This document shows, piece by piece, positions 12,604 through 24,859 of a stretch of DNA of 64,000 nt (position 1 is its first letter; every line of letters begins with the position of its first letter). Location: the NCBI RefSeq assembly GCF_001194135.2, contig NC_068990.1, forward strand, positions 56,207,524-56,271,523, read 5' to 3'. The translations under genes were made by a program, and so were the position numbers. This stretch comes from Octopus bimaculoides (taxonomy: Eukaryota). The notes under the pieces were generated by a model. The model was given only the letters and a program-made list of their open reading frames with translations. It was not told the DNA's origin and searched no databases.

Positions 12604-13727
12604 TTAAATACATAGATAATATTACTCATGATAGTCGCATAAATATTACTGATACAGTTACAGAGATATTCACTCAAGTCGGTTAAAAAAGGGTTCCATT
12701 CATTCGAGGTAGCCGATACTTACTCTGCTTAGGGTTACACATATTTTACAAAGGGAGAGACATGGTTATTCATAAGCAATTGTAACTATCACTGTGAATA
12801 TCTATATAACTACCATAATATCTTTGTAACTACCGCGCATTATAATATATCTGTGTGTCTCTTATTGAGTATTTAACTTTTGTATTGCCCTAAATAACAG
12901 TTGCGTATTTATCTTGCTGAATATATATATGCAGCTATCACACTAAACTGTATAATTATCGCACTAAACATCTATGTAACAATCACAGATACTAAATATC
13001 TCTGTCAGTATTATACGAAGATGGACATTATCTCCAATAACTAAAAAAGACTTATATATATATATATATATATATATATNNNNNNNNNNNNNNNNNNNNN
13101 NNNNNNNNNNNNNNNNNNNNNNNNNNNNNNNNNNNNNNNNNNNNNNNNNNNNNNNNNNNNNNNNNNNNNNNNNNNNNNNNNNNNNNNNNNNNNNNNNNNN
13201 NNNNNNNNNNNNNNNNNNNNNNNNNNNNNNNNNNNNNNNNNNNNNNNNNNNNNNNNNNNNNNNNNNNNNNNNNNNNNNNNNNNNNNNNNNNNNNNNNNNN
13301 NNNNNNNNNNNNNNNNNNNNNNNNNNNNNNNNNNNNNNNNNNNNNNNNNNNNNNNNNNNNNNNNNNNNNNNNNNNNNNNNNNNNNNNNNNNNNNNNNNNN
13401 NNNNNNNNNNNNNNNNNNNNNNNNNNNNNNNNNNNNNNNNNNNNNNNNNNNNNNNNNNNNNNNNNNNNNNNNNNNNNNNNNNNNNNNNNNNNNNNNNNNN
13501 NNNNNNNNNNNNNNNNNNNNNNNNNNNNNNNNNNNNNNNNNNNNNNNNNNNNNNNNNNNNNNNNNNNNNNNNNNNNNNNNNNNNNNNNNNNNNNNNNNNN
13601 NNNNTATATATATATATATATATTTGTATTTATAGATCTATACCAACATTTGGTAAAAATATTGTACCTGTTATCAACGTAGCAAAATTCTCACATGTAA
13701 GGTTGTTAATCGTACAATTTTGTATGC

Positions 13728-14129
13728 ATATCAATTTAAATAAGAGCTAAAAGACGATCCATTACAAAAACTTTATTATGGCCTATGATCATTTCGATGC
13801 AATATCCAGACTAACTCATGCATATTATAAAATGTGGAATATTCTACTCTTCAGAGTCAGATTAATTAATTCATAGCAGACAGTAAAAACAGACAACATT
13901 CATAATTGTCCTAAAATTACATGTGTATAAACAAGTTGAAAAGGCATGAAACATATTGACACTGTATAGAATATCGGTCTTGAAAACCGTTAGAAAGCAA
14001 AGTAAGTGAGAAGTGTTGTTAAGTTATATTTTATAATATGCATGAGTTAGTCTGGATATAGCATCGAAATGATCATAGGTCATAATAAAGTTTTTACAAT
14101 GGATCGTCTTTTAGCTCCTATTTCAATTG

Positions 14130-14134
<5 letters not shown>
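13728..14134. mobile_element. MITE-like element with ~106-bp inverted repeats
   Basis: 13728-13833 is the reverse complement of 14028-14134 with only a handful of mismatches; right end runs into (AT)n. Confidence 0.8.
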
Positions 14135-14160
<26 letters not shown>

Positions 14161-15865
14161 CGAGTGGACAAACGAAAGAAAGAAGCCCTAAACACATTTA
14201 TTAGGAGTTAGTGGTGGCGTGTATGTATTGGCGTTATTGAAGTCGAACAATACATGTTATTTATTTCTGTTTAAGTGGAACTAAATCCATAAGAATGTAA
14301 CCAGTATAAGATTATAAAATTATCAGAATATATTAGAATCTCTATATCCGACTACTGCTCCTCTCTTTAAACAAAGTTTCGGACCATTAATTAAATTAAA
14401 ACAAAAAAGAAAAAGAAAACAAGTAAATATATCCATTATATGGTATATTCTCACCAATTTATTTTCTGAATGAAAAGCAAAATGGTTAAATATCAGTAGT
14501 ACCAATATTTTCAAACTGGATTTTAATACTGTCACGCTTGTCTGCACATTATGACTAAAATATTACAAATATTTTGGTTTTGACGTTTAAATTAAGGAGA
14601 ACAGTAGTAAGGAGAACAAGATTTATTTTATCTAAGAACAATAATGGAAGATTTGTGTTATTAGCTATGTATTTTATGGTACATGTATCAAGTAGTATTT
14701 TATTGTATATGCATTATGTTTGATCGAATATACGTTATATATCATATTATATATACTGTTGTTTATGTTGAATTTGTTATTTTATACCTACGTACTCACG
14801 CACATAAAATAAATATACATATACACATGTACACAAACATATCTGTGAAGTTGAGTCAAAATTTTCCGACCCATATCAGTATCTCTACTTTTACTCTGTG
14901 TTATATAAACAACGACGCAAACAGGCTATTAAATAATTGTTATATTTATAATTTATTAAATAACATAATATATTTTCTGCTTGACCTATCAAAATGTGTT
15001 GCTGTCAAATCTAATTCTGCGCTGATCTAGTAAACCATGGCCTTTTTCGTTTTTATGTATATCTATGATTACATTGCGTTATTTTATTTTCCGAATGCAG
15101 TAGCGTCTCGCAGGTTGGTGAGTTGGTGGGGTTTGATTAAAGGGAGGTTTTAACTATCTGTTTCTTTTCCTTGTAGATCGAACGACCATGCATAAGTCTC
15201 TTATTGGCCCATCGAAGACTGATACACTCGACTCATCTTTAGGTTATTGACAACAGATATATTTAGGAACTTGTAGCAAGTACAATGGAATTGGTTAAAC
15301 CAGGAATATATCTGTTAACGTTGGTTATTTAATCTGCTTTAAATAAAGCACGCAGAGATCATTCTTTGGTCCATCGAAGACCGATGGATCTAGTTTATTG
15401 TGCGTTATTGACTATATATATATTTAAGGAACTGGGAGCAAGTAAATAAAGTAGAATTGGGTCAACAAAGAATGTATTTGGTATCACAGATATTGGAACC
15501 ATATCAGGAGCCTCTACGGGGTTACTTCACCTGCTAAGAAATAGAAAACAAATCAACATTAAATAATGCCTCACTGCCTAAAATAAGAAGAAAGATACAT
15601 TTGACAATATAATTACAGATGTACAAAATAAAATGTGTTGGCCACAACTGGAATACTTTTTGTTATATTGGTGTGGTACTTTGGGCTATGAACTGAGAGA
15701 ATAGTCAGAACGTTAGACAAATGTCTTGCGATAAGTATATTGGTTCTTTACGGTCTGAAATCAAATTCGCTGCTCGAAGATGCAAAGTACTGGTAAAATA
15801 CTGGGCTCGATTTAATTCATACTCCTCCCACCAAAATTCTGGCATTGCGCCTAAGTCTGGCCAAA

Positions 15866-16240
15866 TGTCTTCTACATACTATAAGTCTCGAGTCGACCAA
15901 ATCCTTCTGATTGGATTTGGTAGCCGGGGAGACCGTCGTATATACATATGAAGGTGTGTGTGTGTGTGTGTGCGTCCGTGTGTGTGTGCTTGCGTGTGTG
16001 TGAGCGCGTGCGCGTCTTTCTGTGCTTGTCCCTACTACCGCATTACAACTGCTGTTTGCGTGTTTACGTCCCGTAATATGGTGATTCGCCAAAAGAAACC
16101 GATAGAATAAGTACCAGGCTGAAAAAGAAAATAAGAAAATACTGATGTCTGTTCATTCGACTAAACATTCTTCAAGTCGGTGCCCCAGCACGGCCGCAGC
16201 TTAGTTACTGAAACAAGTAAAACAAGTAAAAGAAGAAAAA
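15866..16240 (+). mobile_element. SINE family C, 5'-truncated
   Basis: GACCAAATCCTT..GGATTTGGTAG, internal (TG)n, CGATAGAATAAGTACCAGGCT, CAGCACGGCCGCAG. Confidence 0.8.
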
Positions 16241-16783
16241 AATAAAAGGTAAAAAAGCTGTGTTGAGCGTGGAACGGATTGGGCTTTTAACCGAGCCCAT
16301 TACAAGGACTGCACTACAGTCTTCCGTAAGCTCAGATGGGCAAACAATTTTCGTCTGTCTGGTGGCAATTGCAAAAGACAAGGTATGCAAGACAAGGTAT
16401 GCAAGACAAGATTGGAACAACCGAGGACAGACAAAACTCATTAGCTTTCACAGGTATTACTTAAATAGGAATGTTAGGGTAGAGTGGGAGTGGCTACTTT
16501 TGAGTAAGCAAATATTCTGAAATGGCCTGAGTGAATGGCCTATGTAACAAATTATTATTATTCTTCAGGCGGTAGATGATAGAATTAGTGTAGCGTTTGA
16601 CAAAATGTCAAGCCTCAAGATTATTTCTCCTTATATCTGAGTTGAAATTCCACAGAAGACGGTCTTGCCTTTTATCGTCACGCGGCGTGCCGTGATAAAA
16701 ATGAAACTCGGTCAGGTTAAATCAGCTGTTCTCACGTCTCCAAGCTTATGAATTTATCTTTATAAGATATTATTATTATTATT

Positions 16784-17323
16784 GTTCAGTAGTTTTATTT
16801 TTATAACGCGCTTTCACTTCACTACCGAGCGCAGCTCTGTGTGCCTTGGGTATGTGCTGTGGTTTGCTGTGATGCTCTTATGGTTACTGTATTGAAAGTG
16901 TTTTGCGTAAGATGTGTGCAGTGCCCAGTAGTGCAATTTTCTGTATGTTATATATATTTGTTGTAAGTCCTGGTGTTTTTGTTATGTATTTGTCTGAATA
17001 TTTTTTTATTATACCTAAGGCACCTACTATGATAGGAATTGTTTCTGTTTTTAGGTTCCACCNNNNNNNNNNTGTGTATTGACATATCCCAGTGTATGGT
17101 TGCTTTCTCGTTTTCTGTGACCTTTTCTGGCGTGTGTTTATACCATCTTTTTTCTGTTGTTATTTCATAGTGTTGGCATAGCTTCCAGTGTATATAGGTC
17201 CCAGCTCTGTCGTGTCTGTTAATATATTCCTTCTTAGCCAGGACTGGGCAGCCAGAGATAATATGATTTATTGTTTCTTGTCCATCTCCACATATTCTGC
17301 AGTTACTTGTTATTTTTCTTTTC

Positions 17324-17327
<4 letters not shown>
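16784..17327 (-). mobile_element. R4/Dong-clade non-LTR retrotransposon, 5'-truncated, inserted in (TAA)n
   Basis: Open minus-strand frames: NCRICGDGQETINHIISGCPVLAKKEYINRHDRAG...IHWDM (CCHC finger plus RHD) and WNLKTETIPIIVGALG...IQKIALLGTAHILRKTLSIQ* (stop 16884-16886); 10-N gap at 17063-17072; (TTA)n on both flanks. Confidence 0.9.

Positions 17328-17386
<59 letters not shown>
17328..17386. repeat. (TTA)n microsatellite
   Basis: Direct reading. Confidence 0.95.
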
Positions 17387-17389
<3 letters not shown>

Positions 17390-18430
17390 CGCCTTAACGA
17401 AGGCGGAGGTATTGTTTTCAGTCGTGTTTGTTTGTTCGTGGATAATATATCTCAAGAACCACTGGATGGATTCGGATGAAACTTTCAGGGATGTTTGTCC
17501 TTGTGTCTGGCACAAACTTATTATATTTTGGGATCGATCCGAAACCGGACAAGAATTCTGGATTATTTGTTATATTTACTTTACTTTGCATGAAGTATTA
17601 CGATCTTACGTTCACTTTCAAGTTTTCTTAGATTATCTCCCTTGAAAGCACGCTCATGGTTTCCATGTACGCTATGGCAGCGTTGCTTTTTCCAAAGTTT
17701 TATTTTCGTTTCTCTATTATTAATTTTACTCGCGTCTCTATCTTAGTAGAAACTGATGGATAAAAAAATCAAACTACATAAACAAAGGGCAGCAAAACCG
17801 TTCAGAAATTAAATAACATTAACATATTCAATAACAATAATAAATTTTATTTATGCTCGACAATCTTTAGCTTTACCAATTTTGAATATATTGCTCCTGT
17901 TTAAAACCTCTTACCTACTTGACAATTGCATTTCCAGCCATGCCTTGAAGGAAGCTTTACTTCTTGAACTTACGTTTTGTGCGCAACGATGTTGTTAAAC
18001 CTACGTTAACAGCATCGTATGCAAGTCCTTTCCGTTTTCTTTTACGCAAGGATAAATTTTTCTCTATAGACCTTAATGGTCGAAAAGTCACTATATCAGC
18101 GGATAGACTAAAATAGGTCTTCATAGAGAAAACTATCCCTGTTCCCACTGCCGACGACTCACACACAGCGCTACAAACACGCCTCGCACACCCACTTTCA
18201 CATTTCATGTTTACAATTGGGATCGATCAGGTACCGGACAAGGATTCTGGATTATTTTCCCGTCTTTTTTTACTTAATTTTTGAGAACGGTCGGGTTCAC
18301 TTTTAGTATTCTCGTTTGTGAGAGCAGTTGAGTTTATTTCAGATATTCTCATTTTAAAAATCATCTCTAGCTAATCGTTGAGAAGACGTTGGTGTTGCCT
18401 TGGCAGAGGTTTGTGCTCTCTGAGTGCTCT
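17386..18430 (+). mobile_element. Non-autonomous Helentron-type element (HINE/DINE/Pearl-like)
   Basis: 5' subTIR CTCCGCC within palindrome CTCCGCCTT-AACG-AAGGCGGAG (17387-17408), then GTTT repeats; 3' GGCAGAG subTIR (18402-18408) plus short hairpin GTGCTC-TCT-GAGTGC; T-rich flanks; internal direct repeat TGGGATCGATC..ACCGGACAAG.ATTCTGGATTATTT at ~17529 and ~18218. Confidence 0.75.
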
Positions 18431-18449
18431 TCTTCTTCTTCTTCTTCTT

Positions 18450-18516
<67 letters not shown>

Positions 18517-18541
18517 GTAGTAGTAGTAGTAGTAATAGTAT
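18429..18541. repeat. (TTC)n(TTA)n(TAG)n compound microsatellite
   Basis: Direct reading. Confidence 0.95.
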
Positions 18542-18960
18542 TAAGGCGGCGAGCTGGTCGAATCGTTAGAGGCAAATCGTCCGTCTTTATGATCTGAGTT
18601 CAAATTTCATTGATGTCGATTTTACTTCTCGGGATCAATAAAGTAAGTACCAGTCGAGCACTGGGGTCGAAGTAACTAACTTGCCCCCTCTTCCGGAATT
18701 GTAGGCCTTGTGTCAAAATTTGAAATCACTATTATCATTATTACGCAAGGCGGCGAGTTGGCAGAATCATTAGCATGCCGGGCAAAATGCTTTGCGGCAT
18801 TTCCTCTGCTTTTACGTTCTGAGTTCAACATCCGTCGAAGTCGATCTTACTTTTCATCCTTTTGGGATCGATAAACTAAGTACCAGTTAAGTACTGGGGT
18901 CGATATAATCGACTTACCTCCTCCTTCGAAATTGCTGGTCTTGTGCTAAAATAAGAAAGA
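18542..18960 (+). mobile_element. Two tandem SINE family A copies
   Basis: Two AAGGCGGCGAG(C/T)TGG heads at ~18543 and ~18748. Confidence 0.9.
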
Positions 18961-19043
18961 ATTATTTTTATTATTTATTTCGCTAAGATAATGGAATGAA
19001 AATAATAATGTCTTACATAAGAATAAGAGGGTTGGTAAGCTTA

Positions 19044-19480
<437 letters not shown>

Positions 19481-20767
19481 ACACATATCTGTCGTATTTA
19501 TTTACTTTCTCCTAAATATTTATATGGATGGTTCTGTTATAATTCTTTTATTTCTCTATCTTATTATGCTTTCTTTGTATATATGCACCCACTACTTTTT
19601 TCTTCTTTACTCTTTTTTTTCCCTTCTCGAATTGTTACATATCTCTAATCCCATGTTTATTTATTTTTTTAAATCCTTGTGGAAGCCATGTATTATTTTA
19701 ATCTATTCTGCAGCTGCTTGTTAGTGCTTTATATATTTTAGGTCATTCTCCTTCTATATCGTCATAACGAAGAAGGTTTTATAGCTTACTCTTCTCCACT
19801 TTTAGCTGGAGATAATTTGACTAACAAAAACAACAAAAAAGTTAATGGTGAAATAGATAAACTAAAAAATAATATTAATAAGGAGTCTCGTTTTATTTTC
19901 TTACGAGCGTTAGGAAGGCTGCCATCTTGTTTTCATTCTTTTGTAACATTTGGACTATTCTTGTTTAATTCTAATTCGACTCTGATTATGCAGAGTTACA
20001 ATCAAATGCATTGTAACCATGGCTAACCTGTCTTTTCAGGCTTACCTATTATACTTCTACAATGTCTAATGTTTCATGTTTATATATATATATATATATA
20101 TATATATNNNNNNNNNNNNNNNNNNNNNNNNNNNNNNNNNNNNNNNNNNNNNNNNNNNNNNNNNNNNNNNNNNNNNNNNNNNNNNNNNNNNNNNNNNNNN
20201 NNNNNNNNNNNNNNNNNNNNNNNNNNNNNNNNNNNNNNNNNNNNNNNNNNNNNNNNNNNNNNNNGCCACCAATCAAGTTTAGATCTGAATAACTTTTTTT
20301 ACATTTTAAAAGCTAAATATATTTATCTTAACTTTAGTGATACAAGAAAGCATGAAGAATTTAATAATTTTGGTCCCATGCAACAAAAGTTTGTCTCCAA
20401 AAAATTGTGAGGTAAAATTTTGATGAAAAAATATAAGGCAAAAAATTGGATTGAAGTACAATTAACTCTTTTATTTTAAAAAACAACTATATCTTAATTA
20501 AGCTTAAATGATAGAGCTCAATTCGAGGAATTTCATGGTATCAATCTTATGCAATGAAGTTTTAAAAGAAAATAATTATGAGTGTTTGTTTCTCAAATTT
20601 GAGGGTTTCTAATATAAATCTATACGCTTTTATGAATATAGTTCTATAAGGGGACTTTTAATATATGTCACCGGTGTCATTGAGGTAAGGAAAAAGTTAT
20701 CAACGACACCGCTAATGGACAGATTTGACGTATTATTAATTAGAATAATAGCATAGCCTGGAAAAAC

Positions 20768-21558
20768 ATGCATTACATGGAAAAATGTAAGCAAGAGAAA
20801 TAATATTTTTACGAAAATTACAGGACAAGTTATAACACTTGGAAAAGTTCAGGACAACATATTGCATCTGGTAAAGTACAGTACAAGAAAATTTGACTTG
20901 AAATATTGCAGCTAAGTCTAAAATTTGAATATTAAAAATTATATGATTTTAATTTACAAAGGAACATTATAATTAGAAAAGGTACCATCATTTTGTTAAA
21001 ATACTGACACACTAGAATACTTAAAAAATGAGAGCCAGAAGTACCAATATAGCTAAAGTTTTATGCAAAGTAGAATAGTATATATGGTAGGCAAATTCAT
21101 CATGTAAAAAATAGGCATTGGGTCAAAACTAAAAATGTGAAGACTTGGCGATAACTTAGGCAATAACTCAAGCAAATTTTACTGTGAATTTGTTGTTCAA
21201 ATTTTCAAATTCCTAATTATTAGATAATAATTCAAAAAATGAATTTTTTAAAGTGCAAAAATTATTTTGAGTTATTTTAAATTTTTAATAGAAGTTACAA
21301 GTAATAACAAATAGTAGTAATAATTTATAATATTTTTTTTTGTTTTAAAAAAAGCTAATATTTTCTAAATCTAAATATTTTATTTGAAATTGATCCTTAG
21401 CTTTAATGTTTTAAGAAAAAATTTCCTTGCTCTGTACTTTGCCAGATGTAATAAGTTGTCCTGAACTTTTCAAAGTGTAATAACTTGTCCTGTAATTTTC
21501 CAGGTTTATAATCTTAAGAATATTATTTCTCATGTTCGCATATTTCTATGTAATACGG
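20768..21558. mobile_element. Degenerate MITE/foldback with ~130-bp imperfect inverted repeats
   Basis: GAAAATTACAGGACAAGTTATAACACTTGGAAAAGTTCAGGACAAC (~20813) inverted at ~21432-21500; right end ...ATACGG|TA resembles a CCGTA-type Tc/pogo terminus. Confidence 0.65.
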
Positions 21559-21689
21559 TAAGGTATGATGTTCAAGGAAGATCTTATTGCTATTTCTAGG
21601 AAAGCGAACCACCTTGTAGAGGCTTTGTTTAGGTTGTTTGTAGGATAGACTCGTTCTATGTTATATTTATTATCTTTAGTTAACATTCG

Positions 21690-21830
21690 CTTCAAATTTT
21701 AGCACAAGCCCAGGAAATTTGGCAGAGGGTTAAATCGATCACATTAACCTCAGTGCTCAACTGGTACTTATTTTATCGAGCCCAAAAGGGAAGAAAGTTA
21801 AAGTCGACCCCAGTAGAATTTGAACTATGC
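21690..21830 (-). mobile_element. SINE family A, partial
   Basis: CAGTGCTCAACTGGTACTTATTTTATCGA..AAAGTCGACC. Confidence 0.85.
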
Positions 21831-21836
21831 TTGCTG

Positions 21837-21965
21837 TGAAGGCACATGGCTTAGTGGTTATAGGGCTGCATTCACGATCGGAAGATCGTGGTTTCGATTC
21901 CTACACTGGACGGTGCGTTGTGTTTTATAGCAAAATACTTCAGTCCACTGAGCTTTAAATGAGAA
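21837..21965 (+). mobile_element. tRNA-derived SINE family D, partial
   Basis: GGCACATGGCTTAGTGGTTA (A-box) ... GGTTTCGATTCC (B-box). Confidence 0.7.
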
Positions 21966-22397
21966 AACCAGTGAGGTGATGTTAGAATCTTGGTCACTCA
22001 TACAATATGGAATACGGGTAACCGGTCTTGTGAGTCCATACGATGTTTGTTATACTTTGGCATCTGCGCAGTGAATTAGTAGTTGTTCATTGCATAGCAC
22101 TATCAGATATTCCAAGAATATAAGAAGAGCGTTGGGCTGTTTCTAGTTACTTCTATTTACTCAACATGAATCTTCCCTATTCCGGTAGAACAACTACAGC
22201 AAAAGTGCTTACAACGATAACAATAGCCACATTAAAATATCATTTTTGCTCCTCTGCTATAATATTCTTGTCCCCATTCCCGGGTACACAGCTAGATGAA
22301 ACATATGAACCACAGACTTTTACAAGAAGCTGATTGTTAAACAATGTATATCATCTCAGGAGAATTTTGCGACAAAGTATTGTTTGTTCGTTTAATT

Positions 22398-22654
22398 CAG
22401 TGGTTCTCAACCGGAGTCCACATGACCCTTAGATGACCATATAAGATTTTGTTGTTAAAATTTATGTGCAATAAATGGGTTGTACTTCTACAATGCACAA
22501 AATATTTAAACCTTTTTATACAGTTTCTAATAATACATAATCATGAAAATATAATATGAGTTTTTAGACATCGAATAACTATGAGGGTCCCAACTTCTGA
22601 ATACAATGAGAATCAAAAAAGCAGTCCATAAGCAAAAATGGTTGAGAACCACTG
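22398..22654. mobile_element. hAT-family MITE, 257 bp
   Basis: Perfect 15-bp TIR CAGTGGTTCTCAACC; 8-bp TSD GTTTAATT / GTATAATT (7/8). Confidence 0.9.
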
Positions 22655-22711
22655 GTATAATTAGCTCATTCGATGTAAAAATAATTCTGCATGGACATTA
22701 ATGTCTCAAGT

Positions 22712-22915
22712 TCTACGATTCATAGGCTGGCTATCCGGATTCCATGGCGGATAGGTGACAGAAATCATGACATCACCCTGGTCCGTCGCAGAATTACTCA
22801 TTTACAGCCGAGTGGATTGGAGCAACGAGAAATGAAGTATTTTGCTCCAGGACAGGAATCGAAACCATAATCTTGTGATCGTGAGCGCAACACCCTAATC
22901 ACTAAGCCACGTGCC
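22712..22915 (-). mobile_element. SINE family D
   Basis: Reverse of GGCACGTGGCTTAGTGATTAGGGTG...GGTTTCGATTCC...CTGCGACGGAC...GCCATGGAATCCGG. Confidence 0.7.
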
Positions 22916-23009
22916 ATATAATCCTATGTATTTTCCTTTTATTAAACAAGTTGTTGCAAAACCTTTACCAAGGATTCATTCATGCTAGCTGTTCTAATGT
23001 TTCTGTATC

Positions 23010-23695
23010 AAGGTGGTGAACTGGCAGGGTTGTCAACACGCCGGACAAAATGCTTAGTAGCATTTCTTCCGGCTCTTTTTGTCCTGAGTTCAAAATTCAC
23101 TAAGGTCGACTTTACTATTCAGCTTCCGGTTCGATAAAATAAGCACTTGCTGAATGTTAGGATACATATAATTAACTGGTCCCCTTGCCCAAAATTTCAG
23201 GCTTTTTACCTATAGCAGAAAGGGCTTTTAATATTTCAATAACTAATGGTGGGAGGCGGCGAGCTGGCAAAATCGTTAGCACATCAGGCAAAATACTTAG
23301 CGGCGTTTCGTCTGTTTTTACATTCTGAGTTCGAATTCCGGCGCGGCCGATTTTTCCTTTCGTCCTTTCGGAATCAATAAAATAAGTACCAGTTGATCAC
23401 TGGGGTCGATTAACCGACTTAGTTCCTTCACTAAACCTGCTGTCCTTGTGCCAAAATTTGAAATCAATATCTAATGGCAGTAAGACGGCGAGCTGGCAGG
23501 ATCGGTTAGCACGTTGTGAAAAATGATTAGCAACATTTCCCCTGTCTTTACGCTCTGGGTTCAAATGTCACTGAGGTCAACTTTGCCTTTCAACCTTTCG
23601 GGTACGATAAAATAGGTACCAGTTGAGCTCTGGGGTCGATGTAATCGATTTAGCCCCTCTCCGAAAATCGCTGGCCTTGTGCCAAAATTTGAAAA
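23010..23695 (+). mobile_element. Three head-to-tail SINE family A copies
   Basis: Heads at ~23011, ~23255, ~23485. Confidence 0.9.
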
Positions 23696-24684
23696 CAATA
23701 TCTATTGGTGGTAGCGTCTTTGTTCACATAGTCACAGTGCCCTATACACGCTATATTTATATAACCTAGTGGCTGGTAGGAAAAGGAAATAACGAAAATG
23801 ACGTCAGTTTCGGGATTGAAGTTGGAGTATTTGCATTATGTAGGATAATTTCTTTCACATTTGTTTGCTACGATTTACTTTGACCTATGACATTACTCTT
23901 GTTTATCAGATGTTATAATTAGCTGATATTTACTTAATATTTTGGAGTAGTTTCAACATAAAAGTAATAACAAGTGGTTTCACCAATCGTTGAACGAGCT
24001 TATTTGTTCATATTTTTTCTCAATTTTTATATTTCTATATTTGATATGTTTCATATTTTCACATTTTTATTATTTTTCTTTCAATAAAAGCATGTAGAAT
24101 CTTTATCTCTCTACGAGGATTTACATGGATTAAGTTTAAACTTGTGGCATCATGCTCTATTCCGAAGAAGGGAAACCTCTCTCTCATCCTGCGACGAAAC
24201 TGCTTTTTTAGCTACTTTGGGAATGAAGAGCAACGCCTGTGACCTTTATCTTGTTTAAAGTCCCCCAGCATTGGTGAGATGAAGTTCTTCAAAGAATTGG
24301 CTCATATACTTGTAAGAGAGGGAACTCCGCTTAAAGAGCCAAGGATCGGGTGGTTATGTTAAATTGTATGAAGGATTAACCCTGCCACCCAGGAAATTAG
24401 AACACAAAGAGCCGGAACGAATACCAGAATGGATTGCATTCGACGCTTTTAGAATTCCATTGACTCACTGCTCTGTATTCATCTTTTATTTTGTTGACAT
24501 CAAATTGACAAAAACCCAAGTTGATCTCAATTTGATTTGAACTTAGAGCGCAAAACGTCGGAGCAAATATTTGAAAATGTTTTGCTTTAAGTTCTAATGT
24601 TTCCACTAAATCACTGTTCTTAAAAGGAGTCTGCTCAACTGACAAGCAAAGATTCATCATCCAACACTGGCAATATATATTTCA

Positions 24685-24840
24685 CCCGTTTTTACGTTCT
24701 GAGTTCAAATTCCGCCGAGGTCGACTTTGCTTTTCATCCTTTTGGGGTCGATAAAATAAGTACCCGATAGACTCCTGCGTTGATGTGATCGACTAATCTG
24801 TTTCCCTAAAATTGCTGGCATTGTGCCAATATTTGAACGC
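24685..24840 (+). mobile_element. SINE family A, head-truncated
   Basis: TTTACGTTCTGAGTTCAAATTCCGCCGAGGTCGACTTTGC... Confidence 0.9.
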
Positions 24841-24859
24841 ATTATAGGCATGAGGCCAA

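Larger units (their letters stand above)
10095..12740. mobile_element. Degenerate foldback-type element with ~27-bp subrepeat arrays, interrupted by a MITE and three SINEs
   Basis: Forward array ~10211-10430 (unit ~AATAATATCTATATAGCTATCACACTA); reverse arrays ~11488-11720, 12110-12170, 12608-12670; unique anchors GCAGAGTAA...GAATGAATGGAACC at ~10107-10142 inverted at ~12693-12730. Confidence 0.55.
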
